From: a virus
Taxonomy: Duplodnaviria; Caudoviricetes
IMG/VR virus record: IMGVR_UViG_3300008952_000062
Coordinates: 1-55,361 of that record
Direction: 5' to 3' (one strand)
Length of the DNA: 55,361 nt
The notes below the pieces were generated by a model. The model did no database searches. It was not told the DNA's origin and saw only the letters and a list, made by a program, of their open reading frames with translations. The position numbers and the translations under genes are program-made. Of this stretch, positions 47,291 through 55,361 are shown piece after piece (the first letter of the stretch is position 1; each line of letters begins with the position of its first letter).

Positions 47291-50230
47291 ATGCCTTCTG
47301 AAGAGGAAGAGAAGAAACAAAGAGAGAAAGAGAATCAACAGAGGTTGTCACAACAGTCCTTGTTGATGTTGAATTTATATAATTTAACTTCTATCAACTC
47401 AGAAACAAGTTACGAAAACTTTATTTGCGTCGAAGACGACGAGCCAGAGATTTTTATGAGCAAGTTGATGGGTGTGAATATGTTAAACCTGTCTCACCTA
47501 AAGTCTCATCACTTCTCTTCTTTGGTGCCGGAGATGAGGTTTTTCAAGTCAGTGCCCGAAGGTCAGAAGGAGATTGTCTTTCCCACTCACGCAGGCATAG
47601 ACCAGAAGATTAGGTACAACGCAGATTTAGAGACATCTTTTTCCGACTTGATCGGGGGGTCTAGTCCAAACTTGGGAGTCAAGAATATCGATTGGTCATT
47701 TCAGGGAACAACGGCCTTTGCCGAGAAGACAACACTTGTTGTAAACGTCCAGTTATTTGCCGAAAGAATATCTGATTTATTTTCATCTGTCATTGGACAG
47801 AACGATAGTTCTTTGCGATATTCTGACCTTTTTACGCTATCTTCCAAATATAAGGTAAACAAGGATAGTAATAACAAGAAGAAGGAAGAAAACCCAGATC
47901 ACTTTAGGATAAAGTTGCAGGTTGGGTGGAGTATCACACCGGAATTGGAAAAGGTATTCAGGGACGGGGAAAATAGGGAGTCAGTTGAGAGGGCGATAAA
48001 GTTGCTTAGTGAGCAGAAGACTCTTCTTGACTTAGATTTGACAAATTTTGATTTGGATTTTGGCCAAGAGGGTGCAGTGACAGTAAACTTGACTTATAAA
48101 TCTCATTTGGAATCTCAATTCAACAATGCTTATCATTCTAATATTTTATACAACGAGAAGGAGATGCAGGAACAGAAGAGACTTGAGAGAGAATTGCAGA
48201 AGATTCAAAAAGAAGTCAAAGAGGGGAAGCACAAGGACGTTATGAAAGAGGAGGATCCCGACACAGGAGAAGATGTCCCAGCTAATGTCGTAGCTCTGAA
48301 GGGAAAGATTTCTAACTCACAGTCTGACCTGGGAAAAATTCATTCAAGTATTGTCGAGGAACTATTACGCAAACAAAAGATCAGAGTATATAAGGTAAAA
48401 AAAGAGGATGTATTATACAGATACCAGTATCAAGATCCAGAACAAAACTTTGCCGATGGCAGCTCGGAGAAAGAGTGCAACATATCCGCAAAACCCGAAG
48501 ACATAGACGGGTACACATACATTTCCACAATTGACGTGCCAAGTTTAGACACACAAGCCATGTCTGTTTCGGAAGATCAGTCATCGACACCAGCATATCT
48601 GAAAGTGTATGCCAAAAAAAGCAGCACTGGCACAGAAAAGGTGTACACCTATCATGACTACTATGACTCTAATCCCTCCCGCAACTTGTTCGAAGGTCAA
48701 AGAAGCGACGGGATCATTTCTCACAAACAACTAAAGCAGTACTCACTAACTTACGGCTGGGGTGGCCAAGATTTTCAAGAGAGGCTTTTTTCCACTACCG
48801 GGAATGAGATCGATAGTGAAATTGCGAATAACCCACTGGAAGATCCGAGATGCTCAGTGGAGAAGATGCCGGATCAGGGCAAAAAGGCAAATGAGCTTGC
48901 GAAACTCCCTGTCCAAAAGAAGGAGGGGGACAAGGAGAGTAATTTAAAAACCTTCTTCAATGCATTGTCAACACCGGCATTCGACTCCTCTACGGGAACC
49001 TATAGTATAAAGTATTTCTACTTGGGAGATTTGATAGAGATCGCACTCAATAAGCTGAAGGCAAAAAATAAAAAAATGTGGGATCAGTTTAGGGTAGTTG
49101 TTACTTCCACTGTGTTTACGACATTTAGTAACGCAGATCAACTGTTTGGATTTTATGATGTGGACATTAAGGACGGGATTGTCTCTATAAAAAGAACAGC
49201 AAAAGCAGATAAGCAGGTCGCATCCAAAGCAGGTGGAGAGAAATTTGCAGAAATAGAGAGAGACATGAAAGAATACTCTAGGTGTTTGGCAGATGTTCCG
49301 GTTTCCTTGAGCACCTTTTTACATTGGTATGAGGAAAACTATATAAGCAAAAAGGTTGTCAACATGCCATTTACAAAGTTTCTCAGAGGTGTTATGGAAC
49401 TTTCTATAAAGTCCCTCTCCATTGTTGATGATGAGTTTGCTCTTTTGCCCAAGCAGAAGATAGGTGTATCGAAGACGATGATCTCTGTACCTTACGAGAA
49501 AAGTGGGAAAGATTATTTTGGATTCTCAAATCCAAAAGGATCTGTTCCGAGTGATAGTCGGGTGTCGTTTCGTGAACTCCGACAAACTGCCGCACCGAAA
49601 GTGAAGAAAGACCACATGCAGGAGGCAAATTCTGGTTATGGAAAATCACTTAGAGAAGCAAAACTCAAGTTCGGCCGATTCGGTGGAGAGACAATAGATT
49701 ACCTTATGTTACACTCTGGCCCAAAAACTATTCCCGCTAGGAGAGAGCTTGATTTCGTTGAAGATGGCAAAGACGGCATCCCTCACTTTTTCGTGGGTGG
49801 TGAATCCGGCCTCTTGAAGTCTATAAACTTTTCTCTAAAAGAGAATGAAATGCTGAGGGCAGATGCTATGCTTCGAAGCAGGACAGCATTCAATAACCCA
49901 AGGTTTCCCATATCCGGCAAGTATGATGTCGAGATAACGATGTTCGGAAATACATTTTTCCAAGTTGGTTCCGTCATAGTGGTAAACCCATCCGCGTTAA
50001 GGTTGGGAAATGTCAAGGACAAAAACTCTCAAATAAATGAACTGGGAATTTCGGGATACTACGTCATAACAAAGGTGTCGAATTATATACAGGGTGGAAA
50101 CTACGAGACAAAGATAACAGCAACCCGACAATCTCCTGGAAATGGATTCGATTTGGGAGGCAAGCATAAAACTAAATTACCAACAAGAGAGTCTCTTGAT
50201 TCCAAGAAGAAGAAAAAGGAGGATAAGTAA
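47291..50230 (+). CDS. Large baseplate hub-like protein (gp27/late control D-like)
   Basis: C-terminal YDVEITMFGNTFFQVGSVIVVNP...GYYVITKVSN...YETKITA; synteny. Confidence 0.6.
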   Translation: MPSEEEEKKQREKENQQRLSQQSLLMLNLYNLTSINSETSYENFICVEDDEPEIFMSKLMGVNMLNLSHLKSHHFSSLVPEMRFFKSVPEGQKEIVFPTHAGIDQKIRYNADLETSFSDLIGGSSPNLGVKNIDWSFQGTTAFAEKTTLVVNVQLFAERISDLFSSVIGQNDSSLRYSDLFTLSSKYKVNKDSNNKKKEENPDHFRIKLQVGWSITPELEKVFRDGENRESVERAIKLLSEQKTLLDLDLTNFDLDFGQEGAVTVNLTYKSHLESQFNNAYHSNILYNEKEMQEQKRLERELQKIQKEVKEGKHKDVMKEEDPDTGEDVPANVVALKGKISNSQSDLGKIHSSIVEELLRKQKIRVYKVKKEDVLYRYQYQDPEQNFADGSSEKECNISAKPEDIDGYTYISTIDVPSLDTQAMSVSEDQSSTPAYLKVYAKKSSTGTEKVYTYHDYYDSNPSRNLFEGQRSDGIISHKQLKQYSLTYGWGGQDFQERLFSTTGNEIDSEIANNPLEDPRCSVEKMPDQGKKANELAKLPVQKKEGDKESNLKTFFNALSTPAFDSSTGTYSIKYFYLGDLIEIALNKLKAKNKKMWDQFRVVVTSTVFTTFSNADQLFGFYDVDIKDGIVSIKRTAKADKQVASKAGGEKFAEIERDMKEYSRCLADVPVSLSTFLHWYEENYISKKVVNMPFTKFLRGVMELSIKSLSIVDDEFALLPKQKIGVSKTMISVPYEKSGKDYFGFSNPKGSVPSDSRVSFRELRQTAAPKVKKDHMQEANSGYGKSLREAKLKFGRFGGETIDYLMLHSGPKTIPARRELDFVEDGKDGIPHFFVGGESGLLKSINFSLKENEMLRADAMLRSRTAFNNPRFPISGKYDVEITMFGNTFFQVGSVIVVNPSALRLGNVKDKNSQINELGISGYYVITKVSNYIQGGNYETKITATRQSPGNGFDLGGKHKTKLPTRESLDSKKKKKEDK

Positions 50231-51417
50231 TGCCAATACCAATGGGAGACAATAACATGGGATCCCAAGATTCATTCAGGGAGCGGGTCATATATGATTC
50301 TGTTTCTTTTTTGAATTTTTATTTTCAAAAAGAGCAAATTGATTTACGAGTTTTAAATTTATTTGGAAAAGTGGACACGAGGGGAAATCAAATTCTCTTG
50401 CCACGAAAGAAGTTTTTGCAAGAATCTGGGTTGCTGTCACCCATTGATAGTCGGGGTGAAAAATATGCTCTCTCTTATATTGCGCGCCCGTTTATGGAAT
50501 TGCGACAAAGGTTCTCTCATCTTCTTAGCAGAAACTTCATAACAGACAAGAGTTTGTTCGTCGGGCTTGAACCAACAAGGTCGATTGTCTTTTGGGAAGA
50601 TGATTACCAAAGACATCTGGACGAGATTTCAGAAGATTTTCATTCTTTTTTCCTCACCCACGAAGATAGAGATAAGACTATCAATTTTAAAACCTTTTTA
50701 AATCTTTTTGAAAAATACGTTGCAGAGTCTTGCCCCTATACTGTGTTCACATTAAAGAATTACGCAATCTCTAGGTTCTCGGATCCACTCACTTCGGGGA
50801 TGATGATAGAGTTATCAAATGCCGATGCATCAAATGATTCGGGGAAGTATGTTGATTATATAAACGATCCAAATTATGCAAAGTTTGTTGAGGAAGCAGC
50901 ATATTATGGATTTATTGTCGATAAGCATGTTCCTTGGAGACTTGTTGCAAACCCAAATTCCGACTATATCAAATCCTCTTTGGGTACGGAGGGATTCCCT
51001 AGTTTGCAGGAAATGTTTTCGGAAATCTATATCGATCCAACAATGGTCGGATTCGAGATGTTCTTGATCATGCTCGAAAGAATGTATGAGAAGATTAGAT
51101 CAAACAACCCTCAGTACATTGTTGTCGATTATTCGACCAGTGCCACTTCAACCTCCGTCATGAGCAGGGAAAAAACTCAATTCAAGAACCCCAAGAAGAT
51201 TATGGAAAAAATTGGGGACAGTCGGGCACTTAGGATGTATTCTTTTGTTAGAGCAAGAGAAAAAAATGTGAACCTTTCCCAATCCCAGTTTGATTCATTG
51301 ACAAAAAAAGCACTCGATTTTAAAAAACAGGTTGACATAAGGAGTGCTATAGTGTATATTGATACACAAACATCGGAAGGTGAGTCTTCTGCACAAAAAC
51401 CAATTTTTAGGATTTAG
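50230..51417 (+). CDS. Hypothetical protein, last gene of the structural block
   Basis: 395 aa, TAATG-coupled; YGFIVDKHVPWRLVAN. Confidence 0.7.
   Translation: MPIPMGDNNMGSQDSFRERVIYDSVSFLNFYFQKEQIDLRVLNLFGKVDTRGNQILLPRKKFLQESGLLSPIDSRGEKYALSYIARPFMELRQRFSHLLSRNFITDKSLFVGLEPTRSIVFWEDDYQRHLDEISEDFHSFFLTHEDRDKTINFKTFLNLFEKYVAESCPYTVFTLKNYAISRFSDPLTSGMMIELSNADASNDSGKYVDYINDPNYAKFVEEAAYYGFIVDKHVPWRLVANPNSDYIKSSLGTEGFPSLQEMFSEIYIDPTMVGFEMFLIMLERMYEKIRSNNPQYIVVDYSTSATSTSVMSREKTQFKNPKKIMEKIGDSRALRMYSFVRAREKNVNLSQSQFDSLTKKALDFKKQVDIRSAIVYIDTQTSEGESSAQKPIFRI
51332..51360 (+). promoter_or_regulatory. Sigma70-type promoter TTGACA-N17-TATATT
   Basis: TTGACA at 51332-51337 and TATATT at 51355-51360, inside the 3' end of the preceding CDS and ~60 nt before the polymerase-like gene. 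Confidence 0.75.
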
Positions 51418-51418
51418 G

Positions 51419-52609
51419 TTGTATTTTTCAGTATTGGATAATAAAAAGGAATGTTTTGGTTTCTACCAAAACGGCAAGCTTTTTTTTGATGAACTACCAA
51501 GTGATATGAGTGTGACTTGGAAACACTCTGAGAGTCTCTGTGTGGGTTCCTATGACTATTGCTCTGTTCTTGCTAGGTCAGATAGCATTGGGGAAGTGTG
51601 CCCCCCAGAATTAAGCACAGAGTGGCACAACGTGGATTCAAAAATGCGCGCATTTCATAAATCTTTTTTGACCTCCGGTATTAACCTTGACGAGAACTGC
51701 TTTTTCGACATGGTTCCGCAACAGTTTTTGTTGGACTATTTTTCGGTTCGAGAAAACATAATGAAACGCATATGGGAAGATACAGAAAAGACGGACAACT
51801 TTCGTTTTGATTGCGATCTTCATGAGATGCTTTCGGAAATGTCGAGAACGAAAATTAGAATAAATTACGACTTCCTAAACAAAAATAGGCACAAATTAAA
51901 GGTTCGAAATTTGATACAGAAAATCAAAAAGACAAATCCGTTTGTGAAGTATCGTCAATTCTCCACAATCACCGGAAGACTGACAGTTACACCGACCTCT
52001 TTTCCGATCATGACACTAGATAAAGAGGTGAGGGATGTTGTCTTGCCGGACAACGATTGGATACTCGAACTCGACTATAATGCAGCAGAGTTGAGAGTTT
52101 TTCTAGGACTATCAGGCCACGAACAACCAGAGGGAGATTTACACAAATGGAACTCGACTTTCTTAAAAACGGACAGGCAACACGCAAAGAGATCTGTGAT
52201 TGCCTATATGTATGGAGGCAAGAGCTTAGGCGTTGGAGAATTAGAAGAATTGTACAACGTAAGCGTCGTAAAGGAAACTCACTTCAATCCCGAAAAAGAG
52301 GAGATAAAGAATCTCTTCGGAAGAAGGATTAAGTCAGATGATTTTCATGCAGTAAATTACACTATCCAGTCAACCTCAGCTGAGATGGTTTTTCGGAACA
52401 TGGTGGAGATCCACAAACTATTAAAAGATCGTAAAAGTAGTGTAAAATTTTGTTTACACGATTCTATAGTTCTTGATTTCTCAGATGAAGACAGGGATTT
52501 GTTGAAGGATATAAGAGACATTTTTAGCACCACCCCCTTTGGGATACTCCCGACAAAAATTAGTGGTGGAAAGAATTTTGGAAAGATGAAGGAGATGAGT
52601 TTTGGTTAA
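51419..52609 (+). CDS. Minimal family-A DNA polymerase-like protein (start uncertain: TTG 51419, ORF track 51359)
   Basis: TITGRL; motif A ELDYNAAELR; motif B RQHAKRSVIAYMYG; NYTIQSTSA; motif C LHDSIVLD. Confidence 0.8.
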   Translation: MYFSVLDNKKECFGFYQNGKLFFDELPSDMSVTWKHSESLCVGSYDYCSVLARSDSIGEVCPPELSTEWHNVDSKMRAFHKSFLTSGINLDENCFFDMVPQQFLLDYFSVRENIMKRIWEDTEKTDNFRFDCDLHEMLSEMSRTKIRINYDFLNKNRHKLKVRNLIQKIKKTNPFVKYRQFSTITGRLTVTPTSFPIMTLDKEVRDVVLPDNDWILELDYNAAELRVFLGLSGHEQPEGDLHKWNSTFLKTDRQHAKRSVIAYMYGGKSLGVGELEELYNVSVVKETHFNPEKEEIKNLFGRRIKSDDFHAVNYTIQSTSAEMVFRNMVEIHKLLKDRKSSVKFCLHDSIVLDFSDEDRDLLKDIRDIFSTTPFGILPTKISGGKNFGKMKEMSFG

Positions 52610-53450
52610 TATCATAGGATTGGGAGGATTCTCGTGCGGAGTTACAGATCAGTTTTCGGAATCCCCACAGTACAATACATACAAGATAGATTTTGGATTG
52701 GAAAAAACAAAAACAACAAGAGGGATAACTTTGCACCCCCTGCCTGAGAAGGTTGAGGAGAAGTGTCCTTCCATGACATACTTCTTCAAGAGTGTGAGGG
52801 GGGAATCCCACATGTTCATTGAGGGCCGAGATCCATCAACCGCAGCTGCCCTAAAGATATTGGAATCAACAAACCACAAAGAAGTGAACTTGTTCTATAT
52901 CCACCCCGAAGAAATAGATCTACAAGGAGACATCGGCAAGAACGAGAATGTTGCTTATCATGTTCTACAGGAATACGCGAGATCAAATTTGTTAAAAAAT
53001 ATTTACTTGATGCAGGTAGATCAAATCGAAAAAGCATTGGGAGAAGTATCTTTGATAAATTACTATGATGTTATCAAACAAACAATATCATCGACAATCC
53101 AGATGGTTGACTTCTTTCAAAATACCAAACCCGTAATAGAAACAAGGGGTGAGGAATCTAGCTTGACAAGGATAGGCACTTATGGTATAATAGATTTTGA
53201 CAAGGGATCAGAAAGTTTATTCTTTCCTCTTGACAATATAATGCGGAAGCATTATTATTATGGTATTAACAGTGAGGATCTTAAAAGTGACGGATCACTT
53301 ATAAAGAGAATCCGAGAGCAAGTAAAATCTTTGAAGGGAAAAGATACAATTGCAACATACAGTGTTCACGAAACAACCTATGAACAACCACAGGTTATTG
53401 TCGTGGCAAAAACTTCCATTATACAGGAGAGAAACAATGAAAGTTTATAA
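52602..53450 (+). CDS. Divergent tubulin/FtsZ-like protein
   Basis: N-terminal NIIGLGGFSC Rossmann-like loop; size and position fit, but the GGGTG(S/T)G signature is absent. Confidence 0.5.
   Translation: MVNIIGLGGFSCGVTDQFSESPQYNTYKIDFGLEKTKTTRGITLHPLPEKVEEKCPSMTYFFKSVRGESHMFIEGRDPSTAAALKILESTNHKEVNLFYIHPEEIDLQGDIGKNENVAYHVLQEYARSNLLKNIYLMQVDQIEKALGEVSLINYYDVIKQTISSTIQMVDFFQNTKPVIETRGEESSLTRIGTYGIIDFDKGSESLFFPLDNIMRKHYYYGINSEDLKSDGSLIKRIREQVKSLKGKDTIATYSVHETTYEQPQVIVVAKTSIIQERNNESL
53163..53191 (+). promoter_or_regulatory. Consensus sigma70 promoter with extended -10
   Basis: TTGACA (53163-68), 17-nt spacer ending TGG, TATAAT (53186-91). Confidence 0.85.
53230..53258 (+). promoter_or_regulatory. 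Second tandem sigma70 promoter
   Basis: TTGACA (53230-35)-N17-TATTAT (53253-58). Confidence 0.65.
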
Positions 53451-53703
53451 AGGAACCTTCGTCAAAAAAGACGGAACAAAACGAACTATGAATTATGTGA
53501 AAACAAACGATTTACCCAAAACCTTTTTAGAGTCAAAACTAAAAGGTGATGGTAATACCCCGCTCAAAGAGGGATACGAGTTAGTGTGGGATCTACAGAA
53601 CGACAACTTTAGAGTGTTCAACCACAATACAGTTGTCGGTAAAGTAACTCACATTGGAAACCTTGAGAGCACCAAAGACAAACAACAACAACTGGCGTTA
53701 TAG
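53437..53703 (+). CDS. Small SH3/WYL-like (DUF2693-like) protein
   Basis: SD AGGAG, ATG at 53437; FVKKDGTKRTM...VWDLQNDNFRVFN. Confidence 0.65.
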   Translation: MKVYKGTFVKKDGTKRTMNYVKTNDLPKTFLESKLKGDGNTPLKEGYELVWDLQNDNFRVFNHNTVVGKVTHIGNLESTKDKQQQLAL

Positions 53704-53745
53704 GACATTTGCTGTAACGTACTTAACCAATAAGGAAAATAAACA

Positions 53746-54492
53746 ATGGCTATTGATTTAAATAAAATGAAAAGTAAACTGACGAATTTGCAGAGCAAGG
53801 GTGGTAATAACTCTTTCTGGAAACCGCAGGATGGTACACAAACAATTCGAATTCTACCGACGGAAGATGGAGATCCTTTCAAATCTTATTTCTTCCACTA
53901 CAACGTCGGGCAGAACTCAGGTTTTCTGTGTCCCAACAAAAATTATGGAGAAGACTGTGCTGTCTGTAACTTCGCAAAGTCCCTTTACAAAGAAGGTGAT
54001 GAGGGAAGTATCAAGATGGCAAAGGACTTGACTGCACGTCAACGATTCTTCTCCCCTGTCCTTGTCCGAGGAGAGGAAACCGAAGGACCAAAGGTCTGGG
54101 GTTATGGCAAGAAGGTATATGAAACCCTCCTGACATTAGTGTTGAATCCGGAATATGGAGACATCACTGACCCTGATGGCGGCACCGATTTGGATTTACA
54201 ATATGGCAAACCAGCAGGTGCATCCTTCCCCCAGACATCACTTACACCAAAACGGAAAACTTCCACTATGTGTATTGATTTGACCTCGGAAGAGTGCGAT
54301 CAGATTCTTTCAAAAGTGCCTGACTTCGATAAGTTGTTCGAGGCAAAATCTTCAGATGAAGTGCGAAACATTTTGAATGAGCATCTTTCTTCTGATTCTT
54401 CTGCCGAAGAGTCATCCTCTGAAACGAGAGTTACTGGAGAACAGCAAAAGACCAGTGTCGATGCTGCCTTTGATGATTTGTTGTCTGCTTAA
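53746..54492 (+). CDS. Single-stranded DNA-binding protein (T4 gp32-like)
   Basis: FWKP...IRILP, His/Cys zinc ligands (H..CP...C..C), YGDITDP..G.D, acidic tail AFDDLLSA. Confidence 0.85.
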   Translation: MAIDLNKMKSKLTNLQSKGGNNSFWKPQDGTQTIRILPTEDGDPFKSYFFHYNVGQNSGFLCPNKNYGEDCAVCNFAKSLYKEGDEGSIKMAKDLTARQRFFSPVLVRGEETEGPKVWGYGKKVYETLLTLVLNPEYGDITDPDGGTDLDLQYGKPAGASFPQTSLTPKRKTSTMCIDLTSEECDQILSKVPDFDKLFEAKSSDEVRNILNEHLSSDSSAEESSSETRVTGEQQKTSVDAAFDDLLSA

Positions 54493-54509
54493 ATAATGAA
54501 TTCCGCAGG

Positions 54510-54539
54510 GGGGCATGGGATACAGATGCCCCATTTTTT
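54510..54539 (+). terminator. Hairpin with T-tract between ssb and recA (terminator or regulatory)
   Basis: GGGGCAT-GGGATACAG-ATGCCCC-ATTTTTT, 3 nt before the recA SD. Confidence 0.55.
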
Positions 54540-54552
54540 ATAGGAGTCACTA

Positions 54553-55361
54553 ATGGCAAAGAAAAAGAATGAAACACCGGGAAAAATATCTCTCGATAAT
54601 ATCAAAGATTTACTCAACAAGAGTGCGGGAATGACCGTAGCTCGTCACCTCAATAGTGGGGAGAATCCATCCAATGTAAAAGAGTGGATTCCCACAGGAA
54701 GCACTTGGTTGGACAGCATCATTTGTCGAGGCAAAACAGCAGGTATTCCCATTGGAAAGATTACGGAGATTGCTGGACTAGAAGGTTCGGGCAAATCATA
54801 TATGGCAGCACAGATTGCTGCTAATGCAAATGCTATGGGCATGGAAGTAATCTACTTTGATTCAGAGGCAGCCATCGATGAGGACTTCTTGGTTCGCATG
54901 GGATGCACCGAGGGGAAGTTTCTATACATTACAGCATATAGTGTTGAGCAGGTTTTAGAAGCAGTTGAGACAGTTATGAATAGTGGGGGAACTCGCAAGT
55001 TATTCATTTGGGATTCCCTTGCCAACACTCCAACTTCAACCGATGTCGAGGGCACATTTAATCCCCAAGAAACCATTGGGTTGAAAGCAAGAATTTTATC
55101 AAAGGCAATGATGAAACTAACAGTTCCATTGTCACAAACCAACAGCACCTTCCTAGTGTTAAACCAGTTGAAGACGAACATCACAAGAGATGTTGCAGCA
55201 GCAATGATTGATCCGTATGTAACACCGGGCGGTAAGTCAATGCACTATGCTTCATCACTTCGCATCTACTTGACAGGTCGTAAAGCAAAGGCATCATACT
55301 TCTATGATGACAAAGGTTTTCGTGCAGGATCAGAAGTGAAAGCAAAGTTGAAGAAGTCACG
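54553..55361 (+). CDS. recA: RecA/UvsX-like recombinase (3' partial; not in the ORF track)
   Basis: SD AGGAG; WIPTGSTWLD, Walker A GLEGSGKS, YFDSE, Walker B FIWDSLA, LVLNQL, TPGGKSM. Confidence 0.92.
   Translation, partial: MAKKKNETPGKISLDNIKDLLNKSAGMTVARHLNSGENPSNVKEWIPTGSTWLDSIICRGKTAGIPIGKITEIAGLEGSGKSYMAAQIAANANAMGMEVIYFDSEAAIDEDFLVRMGCTEGKFLYITAYSVEQVLEAVETVMNSGGTRKLFIWDSLANTPTSTDVEGTFNPQETIGLKARILSKAMMKLTVPLSQTNSTFLVLNQLKTNITRDVAAAMIDPYVTPGGKSMHYASSLRIYLTGRKAKASYFYDDKGFRAGSEVKAKLKKS

Noticed and set aside
53350-53436. Upstream extension of the 53350-53703 ORF
   Set aside because: Overlaps the previous CDS; the ATG at 53437 has a clear AGGAG SD.
1-55361. tRNA/rRNA genes, introns, inteins, transposases, integrase
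   Set aside because: Intergenic gaps are at most ~130 bp with no cloverleaf seen; capsid, sheath, polymerase and RecA read continuously with no intein or homing-endonuclease motifs.

Overview
A 55 kb segment of a large T4-like (myovirus) dsDNA phage genome. Every credible gene is on the + strand. The head module (portal, prohead protease, scaffold, major capsid) is split by a phage-encoded ribosomal protein bS21 and a ~19.5 kb island of paralogous, modular fibre/LamG proteins. After it come the neck, tail sheath, tube, tail chaperone, tape measure and baseplate genes, then the start of a replication block (minimal family-A polymerase, degenerate tubulin/FtsZ-like protein, gp32-like SSB, RecA/UvsX). 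Hidden features the ORF track misses: (1) a 16-aa Cys-rich peptide with a strong SD and a hairpin just after its stop, overlapping a CxxC membrane-protein gene; (2) a T7 slippery site joining two tail-chaperone frames by a +1/-2 shift; (3) short N- and C-terminal modules shared across otherwise unrelated virion proteins; (4) a recurring ACTAnTTA late-promoter-like motif, twice so close to the ATG that the mRNA would be leaderless; (5) near-perfect sigma70 promoters buried in coding sequence. All calls come from reading motifs and synteny by eye; no searches were run.
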